From IMG/VR virus record IMGVR_UViG_2049941000_000426: a stretch of DNA of 20,726 nucleotides; one strand, given 5' to 3'. The stretch is from an uncultured virus (IMG/VR IMGVR_UViG_2049941000_000426). Its lineage: Duplodnaviria; Heunggongvirae; Uroviricota; Caudoviricetes. Below, in pieces: positions 1-10,521 of this stretch. A program made the translations under genes and the position numbers. The notes under the pieces are model-generated. The model had not been told where the DNA came from, ran no database searches, and worked only from the letters and a program-made list of their open reading frames with translations. How positions within the stretch are numbered: the stretch's first letter is position 1; every line of letters begins with the position of its first letter.

Positions 1-1
1 C

Positions 2-109
2 TCCGTCGTGTCGGCAAACGGGCGACTCGACGTGAGCGGCTATGCCCCGGGCAGGGGCGTCTTCTATCTGTCGGCCGACAACCTACAGGTGACAACGAAT
101 GAGTCTTGA
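2..109 (+). CDS. C-terminal fragment of upstream gene (possibly the missing end of the baseplate J-like protein)
   Basis: Open frame SVVSANGRLDVSGYAPGRGVFYLSADNLQVTTNES* ends at TGA 107-109 and overlaps the ATG at 99 of the next gene. Not in the ORF track. Confidence 0.6.
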   Translation, partial: SVVSANGRLDVSGYAPGRGVFYLSADNLQVTTNES

Positions 110-1454
110 TTCATACACCAAGAACGGTAGCAACCTCCAGACGGCGTCCGGCGTACTGGGCGCCTTCTGGACACGCGTCTTCCCGGACAACGGACTTGTC
201 AACTCCGTCATGGGCGAGACCGCGTGGGCCGATACCGTCACGGAAGGGATGATGCGGACGATTCCGTCGTGGCTGTCGGGAAAAGCGGACGGCGTCATGC
301 GCGTCGACCGGCTGGAGCTTGTGCCGGTCGACAAGGCCGTCAGGGAAGTTGCCCAAGCAGACCGAGGATATATCGTCGGTGGCGTCTATGCGGACGCCCC
401 TTCGACATCGGGCAAATGGAAAGTGGAGTTGTCCCTGGACTACAGGAGCGTGCCCTTGATAGTCCCGATGGGAGGCTTCCCCCTCATGGAGGGCATCGAT
501 TACCAACTGGATGGCAGATACCTCATATTCCGGGAAAACCCAGCCGCCTTGGGTATTCCGTCCGATATGCAGGATGTAAGCGGAAGACCGGCGTTGTGCT
601 GGAGTTTCCTGTTGCCGGCATGCGTGCCCGATATGCTGGATGCCGGTAGTAACTTCGACTTCTACGACCTTCCCGCGGAGGCACGGGAGTCCCTCATCGA
701 TCTGCTCACGCAGGAGGGCTCCCTGTCACGCATCCTTCGGTTCCTTGAATCCTGTGCAGGCGTGACGCCTCCGACGATATTCGAGAAGACCGATGCACTA
801 GGCTCCTATACGAGCCTTGAATCGACTTGGCTGGAGGGAGACACCCTATATGGTGCGACATCCGGTGGCGAGATCATCTCGACGCCCGCGGGTGAATCCC
901 TCCTTTCGGGGTATAATAACAGCGACAACCGCATCGGACTGGACAGCCCTGTGACACAGGGCATCCGGATATACGAGAAGTATTCCGAAGGCGACGGTCC
1001 GGGGATTGCTTCCGGCGACGCGTTCCTCCCGAATAAAACGGTGTCGCTCGACGCCGGGGAAACAGGCGCGATCGACCCGACAGGCGAATGGGAGGAGAAA
1101 GTCGTACAGGCCATGGAGGATGCCGGAGTGGATCCGGACACTGCTCTTCCCGGCGGCGACGTGAATCCTGTCGAACGGCTGTACAAGGCGCTGAACCGCA
1201 ACCAGCCATCCGCCATCAGCCTGACCGGTGAACTTGGAAGGAACCTGTCCAACACGGTTGGAGCTTTTCAGGCTGTCCATGACTCGGTTCCCGCCGGAAC
1301 GCTTCTGGACATTACGAGCAACGTCCTCCTTGAGGACACGGTACATATGGAAATGACAGACAACTGCGAGGCGTTCCGCGCAATCATCGCCAGCGACAAC
1401 GCGACCGTATCGCCCGCCGACATACCGATAATCCCAGCAAGGACGGTACTATGA
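99..1454 (+). CDS. Phage structural protein, probable baseplate wedge-type subunit
   Basis: 451-aa ungapped ORF with an ATGA overlap to the next gene. N-terminal LGAFWTRVF and EGIDYQLDGRYLIF segments resemble large-phage baseplate/tail proteins. Function is inferred from context. Confidence 0.55.
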   Translation: MSLDSYTKNGSNLQTASGVLGAFWTRVFPDNGLVNSVMGETAWADTVTEGMMRTIPSWLSGKADGVMRVDRLELVPVDKAVREVAQADRGYIVGGVYADAPSTSGKWKVELSLDYRSVPLIVPMGGFPLMEGIDYQLDGRYLIFRENPAALGIPSDMQDVSGRPALCWSFLLPACVPDMLDAGSNFDFYDLPAEARESLIDLLTQEGSLSRILRFLESCAGVTPPTIFEKTDALGSYTSLESTWLEGDTLYGATSGGEIISTPAGESLLSGYNNSDNRIGLDSPVTQGIRIYEKYSEGDGPGIASGDAFLPNKTVSLDAGETGAIDPTGEWEEKVVQAMEDAGVDPDTALPGGDVNPVERLYKALNRNQPSAISLTGELGRNLSNTVGAFQAVHDSVPAGTLLDITSNVLLEDTVHMEMTDNCEAFRAIIASDNATVSPADIPIIPARTVL

Positions 1455-1848
1455 CTCAGAAAACGGACATTTCATTGAAGATAGAGGGATTTGTCACGAC
1501 CTTCATCCGGAAGGACGGAATCGATGTTCCAGTGGACGGGAGACATAACGCACCCCAGGCCTACGCCGCCGATGTCGTCTGCGAGGCGCTCATGCATGGA
1601 AAGCCTTTGTCCAAGGTCTATTTCCTATACGCGAACACCAGCAGTCCGTCGGCCATAGGCGCATCAGCGAAGAACCTTACCATTCAGGACTTCCTCACAA
1701 TCGGCGCGAGCAGCGGGCATGGTCTTGTCTCCAGCCCGGTCTTCGCGACAGGAAAGGCTGCCGGCCAAGGAACGACCATTCTTCCGATGACCGCCGATTT
1801 CCTGTCGGTCACCAGCCCGGCGAATCATCTGAAAGGGATCAGCTTCTC
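1451..1848 (+). CDS. Phage tail/baseplate-associated protein, 3'-truncated by gap
   Basis: Coupled start. The N-terminal I-x-G-F-V...H-N...AADVV...L pattern is typical of tail/baseplate accessory proteins. The ORF-track translation beyond the gap at 1849-1858 is chimeric. Confidence 0.5.
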
Positions 1849-1859
1849 NNNNNNNNNNT

Positions 1860-2276
1860 ACACGGCTTGCCGAGAACGCCGCGATAGACTTGGGGAAGGC
1901 CGCCGCACGGCTCATGTGGTCCAAGCTGGCGTACTCCCATCGTGCGGTCCAGCTGCAGCTCCTTCCGAACTGGGTCTTCAGCCGGCGTTTCGACAGGGAT
2001 GTCCACGCCGACTACGAAACAGGCGTTCCATGGTCGCTCATCGGGAAGAACGTGTTCTTCCAGATGCCCTACGGATGCCACGAGACTGAAAAGTGGCGGG
2101 ACATCCCGTATATTGGATATGTTAAAGGAATGTCCTTGAGCGTCTCCGTCGACGGTCCGGTCCTCGGTGTCTCCGCCGACGTAACGAATATCAGGACAGC
2201 CAGGGAAGACAACCAGTTCGCCTTCCCGTCCGAATCAAACCCCTTGTACACGGATGTAGATGCAGACCCCGTTTGA
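1860..2276 (+). CDS. C-terminal fragment of probable baseplate hub/late-control-D-like protein
   Basis: The frame is open from the gap (TRLAENAAIDLGKAAARLMW...IGYVKGMSLSVSV...VTNIRT). Helix followed by beta-rich C-terminus. Overlaps the sigma gene start. Family call is inference. Confidence 0.4.
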   Translation, partial: TRLAENAAIDLGKAAARLMWSKLAYSHRAVQLQLLPNWVFSRRFDRDVHADYETGVPWSLIGKNVFFQMPYGCHETEKWRDIPYIGYVKGMSLSVSVDGPVLGVSADVTNIRTAREDNQFAFPSESNPLYTDVDADPV

Positions 2277-2983
2277 CGACAAGCAAAAGAACATCGACCC
2301 CGGCAACGCAGCCTGGGAGGCCTGGCATGCCTCGGACACGCCCGAGACGCGGAAGGCCCTTCTTGAAGCGGTGTCCCCGCAGATAGGGACGGCCCTGCAC
2401 ACGTTCGCCCCGGGCATGGAGAAGGGTCTCCTACTGAAGGCCAACACGATGACCCTGAAGGCCGCGTCGACCTACGACCCGAACAGGGGCCTGAAGTTCA
2501 AGTCCTACGTCTACCAGCAACTGCAACCCCTCCAGCGCGTGGCCGGTAAGCGATCCAGCATGGTTCAGATACCCGAACGGCATCTGATCGAGGGCCGTCG
2601 TCTTTCAGAGGAGACACAGCGTTTCCTGGATGAAAGAGGATATGAACCCTCGACCGCCGACCCCTGNNNNNNNNNNGAGCGTCAAGCGGATCGAGGCTAT
2701 CCGCTCCCATAGGGCGAACGTCTCCGAGTCCATGGCGACCAGTCCGGAAGGCGACCCGATGGCCTCCCAACAGGAGGACCTGCAGAAGGCGTGGTGCGAC
2801 TATGTCTACAATTCCCTTCCATCCTTCGACCAGAAGATCTATGAGTGGCGGACAGGATATGCAGGAGCCCCGATGCTGGGCGTCGTCGAGATTGCGAAAC
2901 GTCTCAATACTTCCCCGGCCACTGTGAGCCAGCGGATGAAGAAAATCACTTCCATGATACAGGAGGGCCTTAACCTTGAGTGA
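2260..2983 (+). CDS. Phage-encoded sigma-70-family RNA polymerase sigma factor (split by 10-N gap 2667-2676)
   Basis: Region 2.3-like YDPNRGLKFKSY, MVQIPE (cf. IRIP) and region 3 GYEPST come before the gap. Region 4 HTH EIAKRLNTSPATVSQRMKKI follows the gap in the 2630..2983 frame. Confidence 0.85.
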
Positions 2984-3329
2984 CGACTTTCTGTACAGGG
3001 TGAAATCCTATGTCACGTCCGTCTGGGACACGGTGATGGGGCATTTGTCCCATCCTGATCCGGTGAAGAAAGAGGACGCCTTGCAGGCCTGTGAAGAGGC
3101 GGCCGGTGAAATGCAGAGTAAATTCTGCACGGACGACCCGCCTTCCATGGATCACGCCGCAATAGCCGCCCGGCAGGCCGGCATACGGTCTATCGCGACA
3201 GGGGAGCTTCATAAGGCCTACCAGCTGTCCCGTTCCGCGAAGATAAAGGCCGCCGTCAACACGGTCGCCTTCATCGTGCGGGACAAGGGTGGGCTGGACA
3301 TCATGAAAGGGAGAATTTATGAAGAGTGA
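2976..3329 (+). CDS. Hypothetical protein
   Basis: 117 aa. TTG start preceded by AGGAGG (2961-2966). Overlaps both neighbours. Confidence 0.7.
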   Translation: MSDDFLYRVKSYVTSVWDTVMGHLSHPDPVKKEDALQACEEAAGEMQSKFCTDDPPSMDHAAIAARQAGIRSIATGELHKAYQLSRSAKIKAAVNTVAFIVRDKGGLDIMKGRIYEE

Positions 3330-3681
3330 CCTGAACATCCTTGGAATGATGAGAGGGGAGAAACCGGGCTATTCGACGGACATCGAGACAAACCCGCAGC
3401 GGCTAGCCGTCGTCCTGATGGTGTCCCCGGAGGACGCCGGAAGAACTTACGGCGGAAGCCTCGCCGGTATGTCGGGCCGCGTGAACGACCCGGAGAACGT
3501 GTCCTTGTCCATCGCCTCTAAGCTGGATGACGCCGTCCAGTGGATGCGCATGAACAGCGACACAGTTCCGAATGACTTTACGGCCAGCGTGGAAAGCGTG
3601 TTTCCCGAGGCCGACAGACTGACCATATCGCTCAAGGCCGGATCCTACGCTTCCGGCCAGAACGTCAACATTTCCCTATAG
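3319..3681 (+). CDS. gp25-like baseplate wedge/sheath initiator protein
   Basis: 120 aa, immediately upstream of baseplate J. QRLAVVLM...YGGSL motif and C-terminal beta strands (RLTISL). GGGAG RBS. Confidence 0.6.
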   Translation: MKSDLNILGMMRGEKPGYSTDIETNPQRLAVVLMVSPEDAGRTYGGSLAGMSGRVNDPENVSLSIASKLDDAVQWMRMNSDTVPNDFTASVESVFPEADRLTISLKAGSYASGQNVNISL

Positions 3682-3683
3682 AC

Positions 3684-5080
3684 ATGCTGAACACGACAAA
3701 CATCGATAAACAGGCCGTCTTCGCGGCCGAGAACCGATACGCCGAACGGATGAAGGAAAACGGCCTGGACGCTTCTCCGGGCTCCGCCATCCGCGAACTG
3801 GTGGTGAGACCCTCGGCCGTGTTGTCGGAACTGGAGGAGGAATGGCGGCAGGAGCTGATATCCTCCTTGAATCTGAACGCCATCGCGGACGGGACTGTGG
3901 AAGGCGACGACACCCTTGTGGACGCCCTCGCCTCCATCTACCGGATCCAGCGGAAAGGCGGTTCAAGCTCCGCAGGGAGCATCAACCTGGAGATCGACTA
4001 TACCGGCAGCCCTGTGTATGTGAACCAGTCATGGTCATTTACCGCCGACGGGCATGATCTCCTGTTCAGCGGTGTCTATGCGGGAAGCCTCGACGGAACC
4101 GCCGGGGGCGGGCTTGTGAAGAAGGAACGTCTCGTCCGTTACCCATCCGCAGTCGCGGATGACGGGACGGTCACCTACTCCTACAGCATGCTCATCCCGG
4201 TAACTTGCCCTGACGGCTCGGACATTGCCGCGGGCACGCCCGTTGAGGTCAGAGGGCCCTCCAGCGCCGTCAAATCGGCCAGCGTATTCTCTCCTGTCAC
4301 CGGGGGAGGCGACCGCGAGACCAACCAGGAACTCGCAAAACGCATTCTGGAGGCCCTTCCACCCGGCGTGATGTCCACCCCTCTGCAGATCAGGAACACT
4401 CTCTGCGAGCGGTTCGGGCGCCCGGTGGACCGCACGTCGGTCATGGGAGGCCAGGACGGCATCCCAAGGGCCCGGGACATCATCACAGGGTTTGCGATGC
4501 CCGGGTTCGCCGACATATACACGGCCATGAAAGGGGACTGCCCCGTGGATGTCATCACGGTGGACGCGGTTCCCGTCGAGGGATACACCGGCATCTGGCG
4601 GATCGTCCTTGAACCGCCTGTCTCCGCCGGTGTATATGATGTCGTGTCGATCTACGCGGATGGAAATCGAGTCCAGCAGATATCGACCATGACATGGGAG
4701 GCCGTCGATTCAGAGCGTCATATCGTCCCGGCCGGCTGCCACCGGTTCAGCTCCTATCAGAAAGTGACGATGACGTTTGTCGCTTCCGGTTCCGGAAGCA
4801 CCCTTCCCTGCACGGTGTCCTTGAGGAAGCAACCTGACATACAGGCAATTCAGGACTTCGTCGACAACTCCGATCGCCGGGCCCCCGGCCAGGACATCCT
4901 GGTCAAGGCCGCCACCCCGTTCTTCCTATCCGTCGGGGTGACAGTCGAAAAGGGAGCCCCCGTCTCATTGGAGACGATGAAAGAGGCGATCTGCTCCCAC
5001 ATCAACGCACTGCCCGTTGGCAGGGGGTACGTGAGCGGACAGGACATCATGGACGCCTTAAACCCATTAGGTGTCAAAAC
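3684..5080 (+). CDS. Baseplate J-like (gp6/gp47-type) wedge protein, 3'-truncated by gap
   Basis: LDASPGSAIRELVVRP, YRIQRKGGSSSAGSI, VTGGGDRETNQELAKRI and ICSHINALPVG are characteristic baseplate J segments. The ORF-track extension to 5864 is chimeric. Confidence 0.85.
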
Positions 5081-5090
5081 NNNNNNNNNN

Positions 5091-6516
5091 CGGGAACGGT
5101 ATCACCTACAATGCGGGAAACCCCGTATCGGTCGATTTCCGGAACACGGCACAGGTACAGATAACCCAGAACGGAAGNNNNNNNNNNNNNNNNNNNNNNN
5201 NNNNNNNNNNNNNNNNNNNNNNNNNNNNNNNNNNNNNNNNNNNNNNNNNNNNNNNNNNNNNNNNNNNNNNNNNNNNNNNNNNNNNNNNNNNNNNNNNNNN
5301 NNNNNNNNNNNNNNNNNNNNNNNNNNNNNNATGGAAGCAATACCAGGCGTTGCGGGAGCTATGGAACTATCTGGTCATCCGGAACATGGTTGTCTTCAAT
5401 GCCCAGTATCAGGGGGACAAGGCCTACATCAAGGCACGACTGTCCAATACGTCCATGTTCCAGATTCCGGTCGGAAAGATGACGATCGGTTTCGAGGGAT
5501 CGTCCTGCGACGCTCTATGGGAGGCCGCGGAAAGCTTCGACAGCAACGGTGCCCGCGTCGAGTGGGAAACATCATCCGCGAAACGGCAGCCGGTAGCCAC
5601 CGGAAGCTGGGAAGTCACCCCCAAGACGTCCTGCTATGTGGCGCCGGGTGGCTATCTGGAACTTTCCATCCGGTTCTCCCTTTACGGGACGACGCCTTTC
5701 CAGCTGAGCCCGACTCTGACGAAACGGGACACCCCTTGGGTCGGGCAATGGCCTGTCTGCTCCGGAAGCCTTGTCATCAAGCCAGGACAGCTCAGCTGGA
5801 CCCAGACCCATTTCAACCCGACGAATTATGGCGGCAACCCGTCAGGTCTTCCTCCTACCGGTGATGGCTGTCTGAACCGGTTCAGCCCGGGAACGGCCTC
5901 CGCCGCGTGGGAGAACTACCCGNNNNNNNNNNACCGGTTCAGCCCGGGAACGGCCTCCGCCGCATGGGAGAACTACCCATCCACTGTTTCTCCTGTAAGA
6001 CCCTCCCTCTATATCGGATTCACCTGCACCCACGACAGGGAGACTGCCTCGTTCAGCTCCGACTTCGACCAGGTGATCGAACAGGACGAACCGGACGACG
6101 CCGGTTCATTCTCCATTGACCGGACGGCTACGACGGCAACTCTGAAATGGACGCCATCCGGCAACTCCGGCCAGAACAGCAGTCCGTCAAACATTCTGAC
6201 CATCACGCTGAACAACCGTCACTTCCACGAAGGGGACGGCATCGCCCTGTCCATTCCGAAAGGATGGTGCCAGAGCATGTCGGGTTCCTCCCTGAAGGTT
6301 GTCTGCGTATGGGACATCCCGGCGAACCAGCTGATCGAGAACGACTCCGAGGCGGGCGGCGAGAAGAACCTGAACATCCCGTCGGAAGCCGGTTCATCAA
6401 AGGTTCTCAAGAAACGGATAACCTTGAACAGCCAGCAGTACACGGTCGATTCCGTCCGTACGCCTTATCTTTATGTATCGGTATCCGAAACAGACGACGA
6501 CCTGCCTTTCAGTTAA
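5091..6516 (+). CDS. C-terminal part of large beta-rich virion structural (tail-associated) protein
   Basis: Long open frame rich in S/T/G/W, interrupted by gaps. Ends TAA at 6516, 3 nt before the next ATG. Confidence 0.6.
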
Positions 6517-6519
6517 TCA

Positions 6520-7190
6520 ATGGAATTCGACCTTACCCAATCCCTTACCTTCCCGTTCACGGAGCCCCATGAGGATATTCCTCATGGGCTTCTTGTCGAC
6601 GCCCATGTCGTCGGTGCGGATTCCTGTGTCTTGAATGCCGTCATGGTGTNNNNNNNNNNACGGACTCCGACTGGTTTACCGTGGACAGCCCGAATTACAC
6701 GGCGAAACAGGAAGGCGGGTCGGTATGGACGATCAACGAGGCTTCGGGGACAATCAATTTCAGCGTGACGGCCGGAAAGGTGTTCCTGACGACGGACAAC
6801 AGCAAGCTGACCGATGTCGAGTTCGTTCCGAGACTGGTTTTCTATTCGGACAAACCGGACGGGACGTACAAGAGCTATACCACATTCAACAACATCGTGA
6901 ACGACCATTCCTGGAACAACGGATATGGCGCCACGGTGACAAGGAACGCGGATGGGACGTTCAAGGTAAATCTGGACGGAACGGAAAGGAACCTTCCCAT
7001 GTGCGAGACAATCGTCACAAAGATAGGGAATCAGTACTGGCTGGAACGGCTGGTTCCCCAGTGGAAGGGATGCGACGACAACGACCAGCTTCGGTCTGTC
7101 ATCAAGACGTCAACTGAACTCGGGCTGTCTGCCGGAACAAAGCTTCCATTGGATGATGTTCTGGAAGGCAAAGTCAATGGAGGTGTCTGA
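6520..7190 (+). CDS. Hypothetical tail-associated protein (split by 10-N gap 6650-6659)
   Basis: Joins the 6520 N-terminus (MEFDLTQSLTFPFT...) to the 6681..7190 frame. TGATG overlap with the next gene. Confidence 0.6.
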
Positions 7191-7906
7191 TGAACCAAGT
7201 CATGAACCAATCCTTCCGTGACTGGTCCTCCACACGGAAATTCCCCTTTACCGACGGCTCCGACATGACATGCACGGACGGTCGTCGAATCCCTTTGTCC
7301 GCGTTCACGATGATAACCCTTTTCCCGGACACGGAGGGAAGCGCCCGTATATCCGAGATAAACGAGACCGGCATTCTGTTCGACATGGAAGGATGGACGG
7401 CTTTCGCGGCGTTTTCCGGATACTCCGATGGATGGATGCCGATCATGAAGGAGGGAAGCTGTGTCGGATCCGTCATGACGAATGACAACGATCTTCTGTA
7501 TATCAAGGGCATGGCGTCCTTCCAGTCGATGGTCTTCACGGAAGGGCATCTTGATTTGAGGCCCGAGACGGTGAAGGGGTTCTGTCTGGATGAACCGCAG
7601 CTTCTCCCATTGCCGACTTTCTTCGGCATGCCGGCCATCACGATGACGGTGTCCCTGGACTCCGCCCGCTACTCCGTCANNNNNNNNNNNNNNNNNNNNN
7701 NNNNNNNNNNNNNNNNNNNAAAGGTGAATCTTAATACGACGGCAACGGTGACGAACCAGACCTATCCCGTATCCTATATCGGCAATGGCTCCAACACATA
7801 CGCGGCGAATCCGTCCGGGTGCATTACCATCCGCACCCCCGATTGGTGCGACTCGCAGTTCATCGTCAAGGACGGGCAGATTGTTTTCCATCAGAGGGGG
7901 TCGTGA
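7190..7906 (+). CDS. Hypothetical tail-associated protein
   Basis: GGAGG RBS and TGATG coupling at both ends. N-terminal RKFPFTDG motif. Confidence 0.7.
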   Translation: MNQVMNQSFRDWSSTRKFPFTDGSDMTCTDGRRIPLSAFTMITLFPDTEGSARISEINETGILFDMEGWTAFAAFSGYSDGWMPIMKEGSCVGSVMTNDNDLLYIKGMASFQSMVFTEGHLDLRPETVKGFCLDEPQLLPLPTFFGMPAITMTVSLDSARYSVXXXXXXXXXXXXXXKVNLNTTATVTNQTYPVSYIGNGSNTYAANPSGCITIRTPDWCDSQFIVKDGQIVFHQRGS

Positions 7907-8733
7907 TGTTCAGACCGATCGACACATTGGCATACGACATAGACTGGCCGATAGAGGGCGGACGGATCATAGGACTACGGGACGCCCGTGTCATCGTGAC
8001 GAAGCGTCCTACTGGAATGGCGTTTCCCTGCGACATAGTCATCACCCGTGTCAGAAGCTCCAATCTTATCTTCGCCCTGCGGGCAAGAGGGGGTTCTGTC
8101 TATGACTCCTCGAAGCTGACGATCTACAAGGGGAATACGGCGACCACTACTCGTGCGTCCAACGATTATCTGACGNNNNNNNNNNNNNNNNNNNNNNNNN
8201 NNNNNNNNNNNNNNNNNNNNNNNNNNNNNNNNNNNNNNNNNNNNNNNNNNNNNNNNNNNNNNNNNNNNNNNNNNNNNNNNNNNNNNNNNNNNNNNNNNNN
8301 NNNNNNNNNNNNNNNNNNNNNNNNNNNNNNNNNNNNNNNNNNNNNNNNNNNNNNNNNNNNNNNNNNNNNNNNNNNNAGGAGCTTCTCGACGTCGAACTCC
8401 ACTCCTTTGCGAGTCGTCCCCTGTTGCGTGATATGGCTGGCCCCGACTGAGGATGTCTTCGACGGATCCGTTCTTCCGGAACCGAACAACGGCTGGAGCA
8501 AGGAAGTCGACACGGGGGCCAACACAATCACCTACAGGGCAGATGAAGTCGATCCCGGTTCACCTACGGAAGACAGGTTCAAGATGGTCAACGGCCTGGC
8601 AAGACCTAATCTGGTCATAACGGCCGACGGTGACGGTTCAATCAACAACGTCATAGGCCAGCCTGGAGGAACTAGCACAATAACGATAAATCCCGGTCTC
8701 AGGGATCTGTCCAACAACGGGAGGGTCCTATGA
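7906..8733 (+). CDS. Hypothetical tail-associated protein (internal gap)
   Basis: True start is likely ATG 7906 (TGATG overlap, GAGGGG RBS), not 7819. ATGA overlap with the next gene. Confidence 0.65.
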   Translation: MFRPIDTLAYDIDWPIEGGRIIGLRDARVIVTKRPTGMAFPCDIVITRVRSSNLIFALRARGGSVYDSSKLTIYKGNTATTTRASNDYLTXXXXXXXXXXXXXXXXXXXXXXXXXXXXXXXXXXXXXXXXXXXXXXXXXXXXXXXXXXXXXXXXXXXRSFSTSNSTPLRVVPCCVIWLAPTEDVFDGSVLPEPNNGWSKEVDTGANTITYRADEVDPGSPTEDRFKMVNGLARPNLVITADGDGSINNVIGQPGGTSTITINPGLRDLSNNGRVL

Positions 8734-9398
8734 GCAACGCCAGCCTTTGCACAGTCTCCATATCACAGGACGACTACCGGTACTATGTGAAAAACATCAC
8801 GGTACTGGACAGCGCCGTCACGTCCCTTGGTTCGGACTCCCTGTACTACACTTTGCCGGAGCAGTTCAAACTGTGGGACTCCTCTGTCAAGTACTGGGAC
8901 CAGTTCGAGAACACGTCCATACCGGCGAAGAACCCGGGCGGTTTCCGCTCCAACCCGCATACAGGGGACTATACGAACTTGTACCGGTACGAGAACCCGT
9001 TCCCCGTTCCGTGGGACTCCGCGAAATACGACGACTCCATAGGACTGGAGTTCCCGAAAGGGTTCCTGAAGCCGACCCCGCCGGTGGTGACGTACAACGT
9101 CGACCCCTATCAGCCGACGATCGAACTGGACATTCCCCCGTTCGACATCCCCGAGATAACGGTCCCTTATCTTGTCCTGCCAGACTTCAGCATCAAGAAC
9201 TACATCCGAAGACGCGGTCTCCGGACAATCAACGTGGTTGTGGACGGTCCATGTCTCACAGGGTCGGTGTCGTATGCGTCGAAGTCCACGATCGCGAATA
9301 TCACAATTGGTTGGGACACGCCGCCGCCGTCAGGCGGAACGTATGCGTTGATGACAAGCAATGGCCAATGCTACTGGCAGACCGTCAACCTCTGTTAA
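8730..9398 (+). CDS. Hypothetical protein, Pro/Tyr-rich, probably structural
   Basis: 222-aa ungapped ORF with GAGGG RBS. Last gene of the + strand run. Confidence 0.7.
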   Translation: MSNASLCTVSISQDDYRYYVKNITVLDSAVTSLGSDSLYYTLPEQFKLWDSSVKYWDQFENTSIPAKNPGGFRSNPHTGDYTNLYRYENPFPVPWDSAKYDDSIGLEFPKGFLKPTPPVVTYNVDPYQPTIELDIPPFDIPEITVPYLVLPDFSIKNYIRRRGLRTINVVVDGPCLTGSVSYASKSTIANITIGWDTPPPSGGTYALMTSNGQCYWQTVNLC

Positions 9399-9803
9399 GC
9401 AGATCGTATTTGAGAAGGTCGAGGAATATCGGGGCTCTCGTGGAGTATGTGATGATCTCCAGGGAGCCCTTCCTTATGCCTTCGGAGACATAAGGGCTGT
9501 AGATCCCCATGAACCGGCTGAACCCGCCTTTGTCCGTCTGGAANNNNNNNNNNGTCACCGTAATTTCCGGGGTCATTCGCCATGTCCTCCAGTTTTCTGC
9601 ATACAAGATAAAGATTCTCAGGGATGAAGGAGCCTTCCGTCCGAAGCCATGCCGACGCGTCGCAGTTCATAGGCCGTCTAGACTTCACAAGGCTTTTCGA
9701 CCCGATGAAGATAAGATGCCTTCCCTTCATCCATTCCGGTGTCATCAGAGGGGCCGTCCCGTGGGAACCAGCCCAGAGGATGTCCGGGAATCGCCCTTCG
9801 GCG
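9385..9803 (-). CDS. Hypothetical protein, partial and split by gap
   Basis: AEGRFPDILWAGSHG...NDPGNYGD, then after the gap at 9544-9553 most plausibly FQTDKGGFSRF...LLNRG*. Confidence 0.45.
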
Positions 9804-9813
9804 NNNNNNNNNN

Positions 9814-10170
9814 CATCCCGGCTGACATCTCGTTCATATAGGATACGAGCTTGCCCGTCCTTTCCTCGATCGTCGAACCGAAACGGTCCGCCTCGTCCCT
9901 TGTGTCGAACACGATGGACACGGCGCGGTCCCGGTACATCCCGTAGTTCCTCTCGACAAAACGATAGGGGTATTCCACGAGGGTGCAGGGATTGGCGAAG
10001 GTCTCGAACAAGGGTGTGGCGTCCGTGTTCACAAGGGAGCGTTTCCGGTGGAGAAGGAACACGCCTGGGTCCTCGAATCCCATGGAGGATGTCACCCACG
10101 CGTCGAACTGCATCTTGCCGCCGGCCAGACGGGTCTTTTCCGTTTCGATTGAAAGAGAGTATTCGGTCAT
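9814..10170 (-). CDS. Hypothetical (possible virion) protein, end in gap
   Basis: GGAG RBS upstream of ATG 10170. Protein-like 119-aa stretch (FETFANPCTLVEYP...YRDRAVSIVF). Confidence 0.65.
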
Positions 10171-10439
10171 ATCAGATAGGACTCCGCGCCCATTGTCATT
10201 CTAATGTTTGGAACGGCTTTTATACGGAAAGCGTTTCTTGCGCACTCTAACACGTTTTTTCTTTCGGTGGTACCGAGGTGCGATAACATGCGAAATAACC
10301 TGGGGTACTCCGCCTGCAGGAAGGCACTTCGCCTGCACCTCGAGCAGTTTCTTCTCGATGGATTCATGGGGGAGGCCGAGCTTGTCCAGCCGGCAGCGGC
10401 TGCCGCCCCGCTTGAGATCAGCCATTGATAGGTCGACGG
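10167..10439 (-). CDS. Small CxxC-containing hypothetical protein, 5' end in gap
   Basis: The frame stays open back to the gap (PSTYQWLISSGAAAAAGW...RRNCSRCRR...AESYLI*). ATGA overlap with the 10170 start. Confidence 0.5.
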   Translation of the reverse strand, partial: PSTYQWLISSGAAAAAGWTSSASPMNPSRRNCSRCRRSAFLQAEYPRLFRMLSHLGTTERKNVLECARNAFRIKAVPNIRMTMGAESYLI

Positions 10440-10521
10440 NNNNNNNNNNNNNNNNNNNNNNNNNNNNNNNNNNNNNNNNNNNNNNNNNNNNNNNNNNNNN
10501 NNNNNNNNNNNNNNNNNNNNN

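Noticed and set aside
3684..5864. 726-aa baseplate J fusion in the ORF track
   Set aside because: It reads through N gaps into an off-frame translation of the next gene.
5876..5978. 46-bp direct repeat (RFSPGTASAAWENYP twice)
   Set aside because: The copies flank a 10-N gap and differ by one synonymous SNP. This is a contig overlap or allelic bubble, not a tandem repeat.
1..9398. eCIS/tailocin interpretation of the baseplate cluster
   Set aside because: A terminase and large-phage-like genes in the same scaffold favour a true phage, though scaffolding is imperfect.
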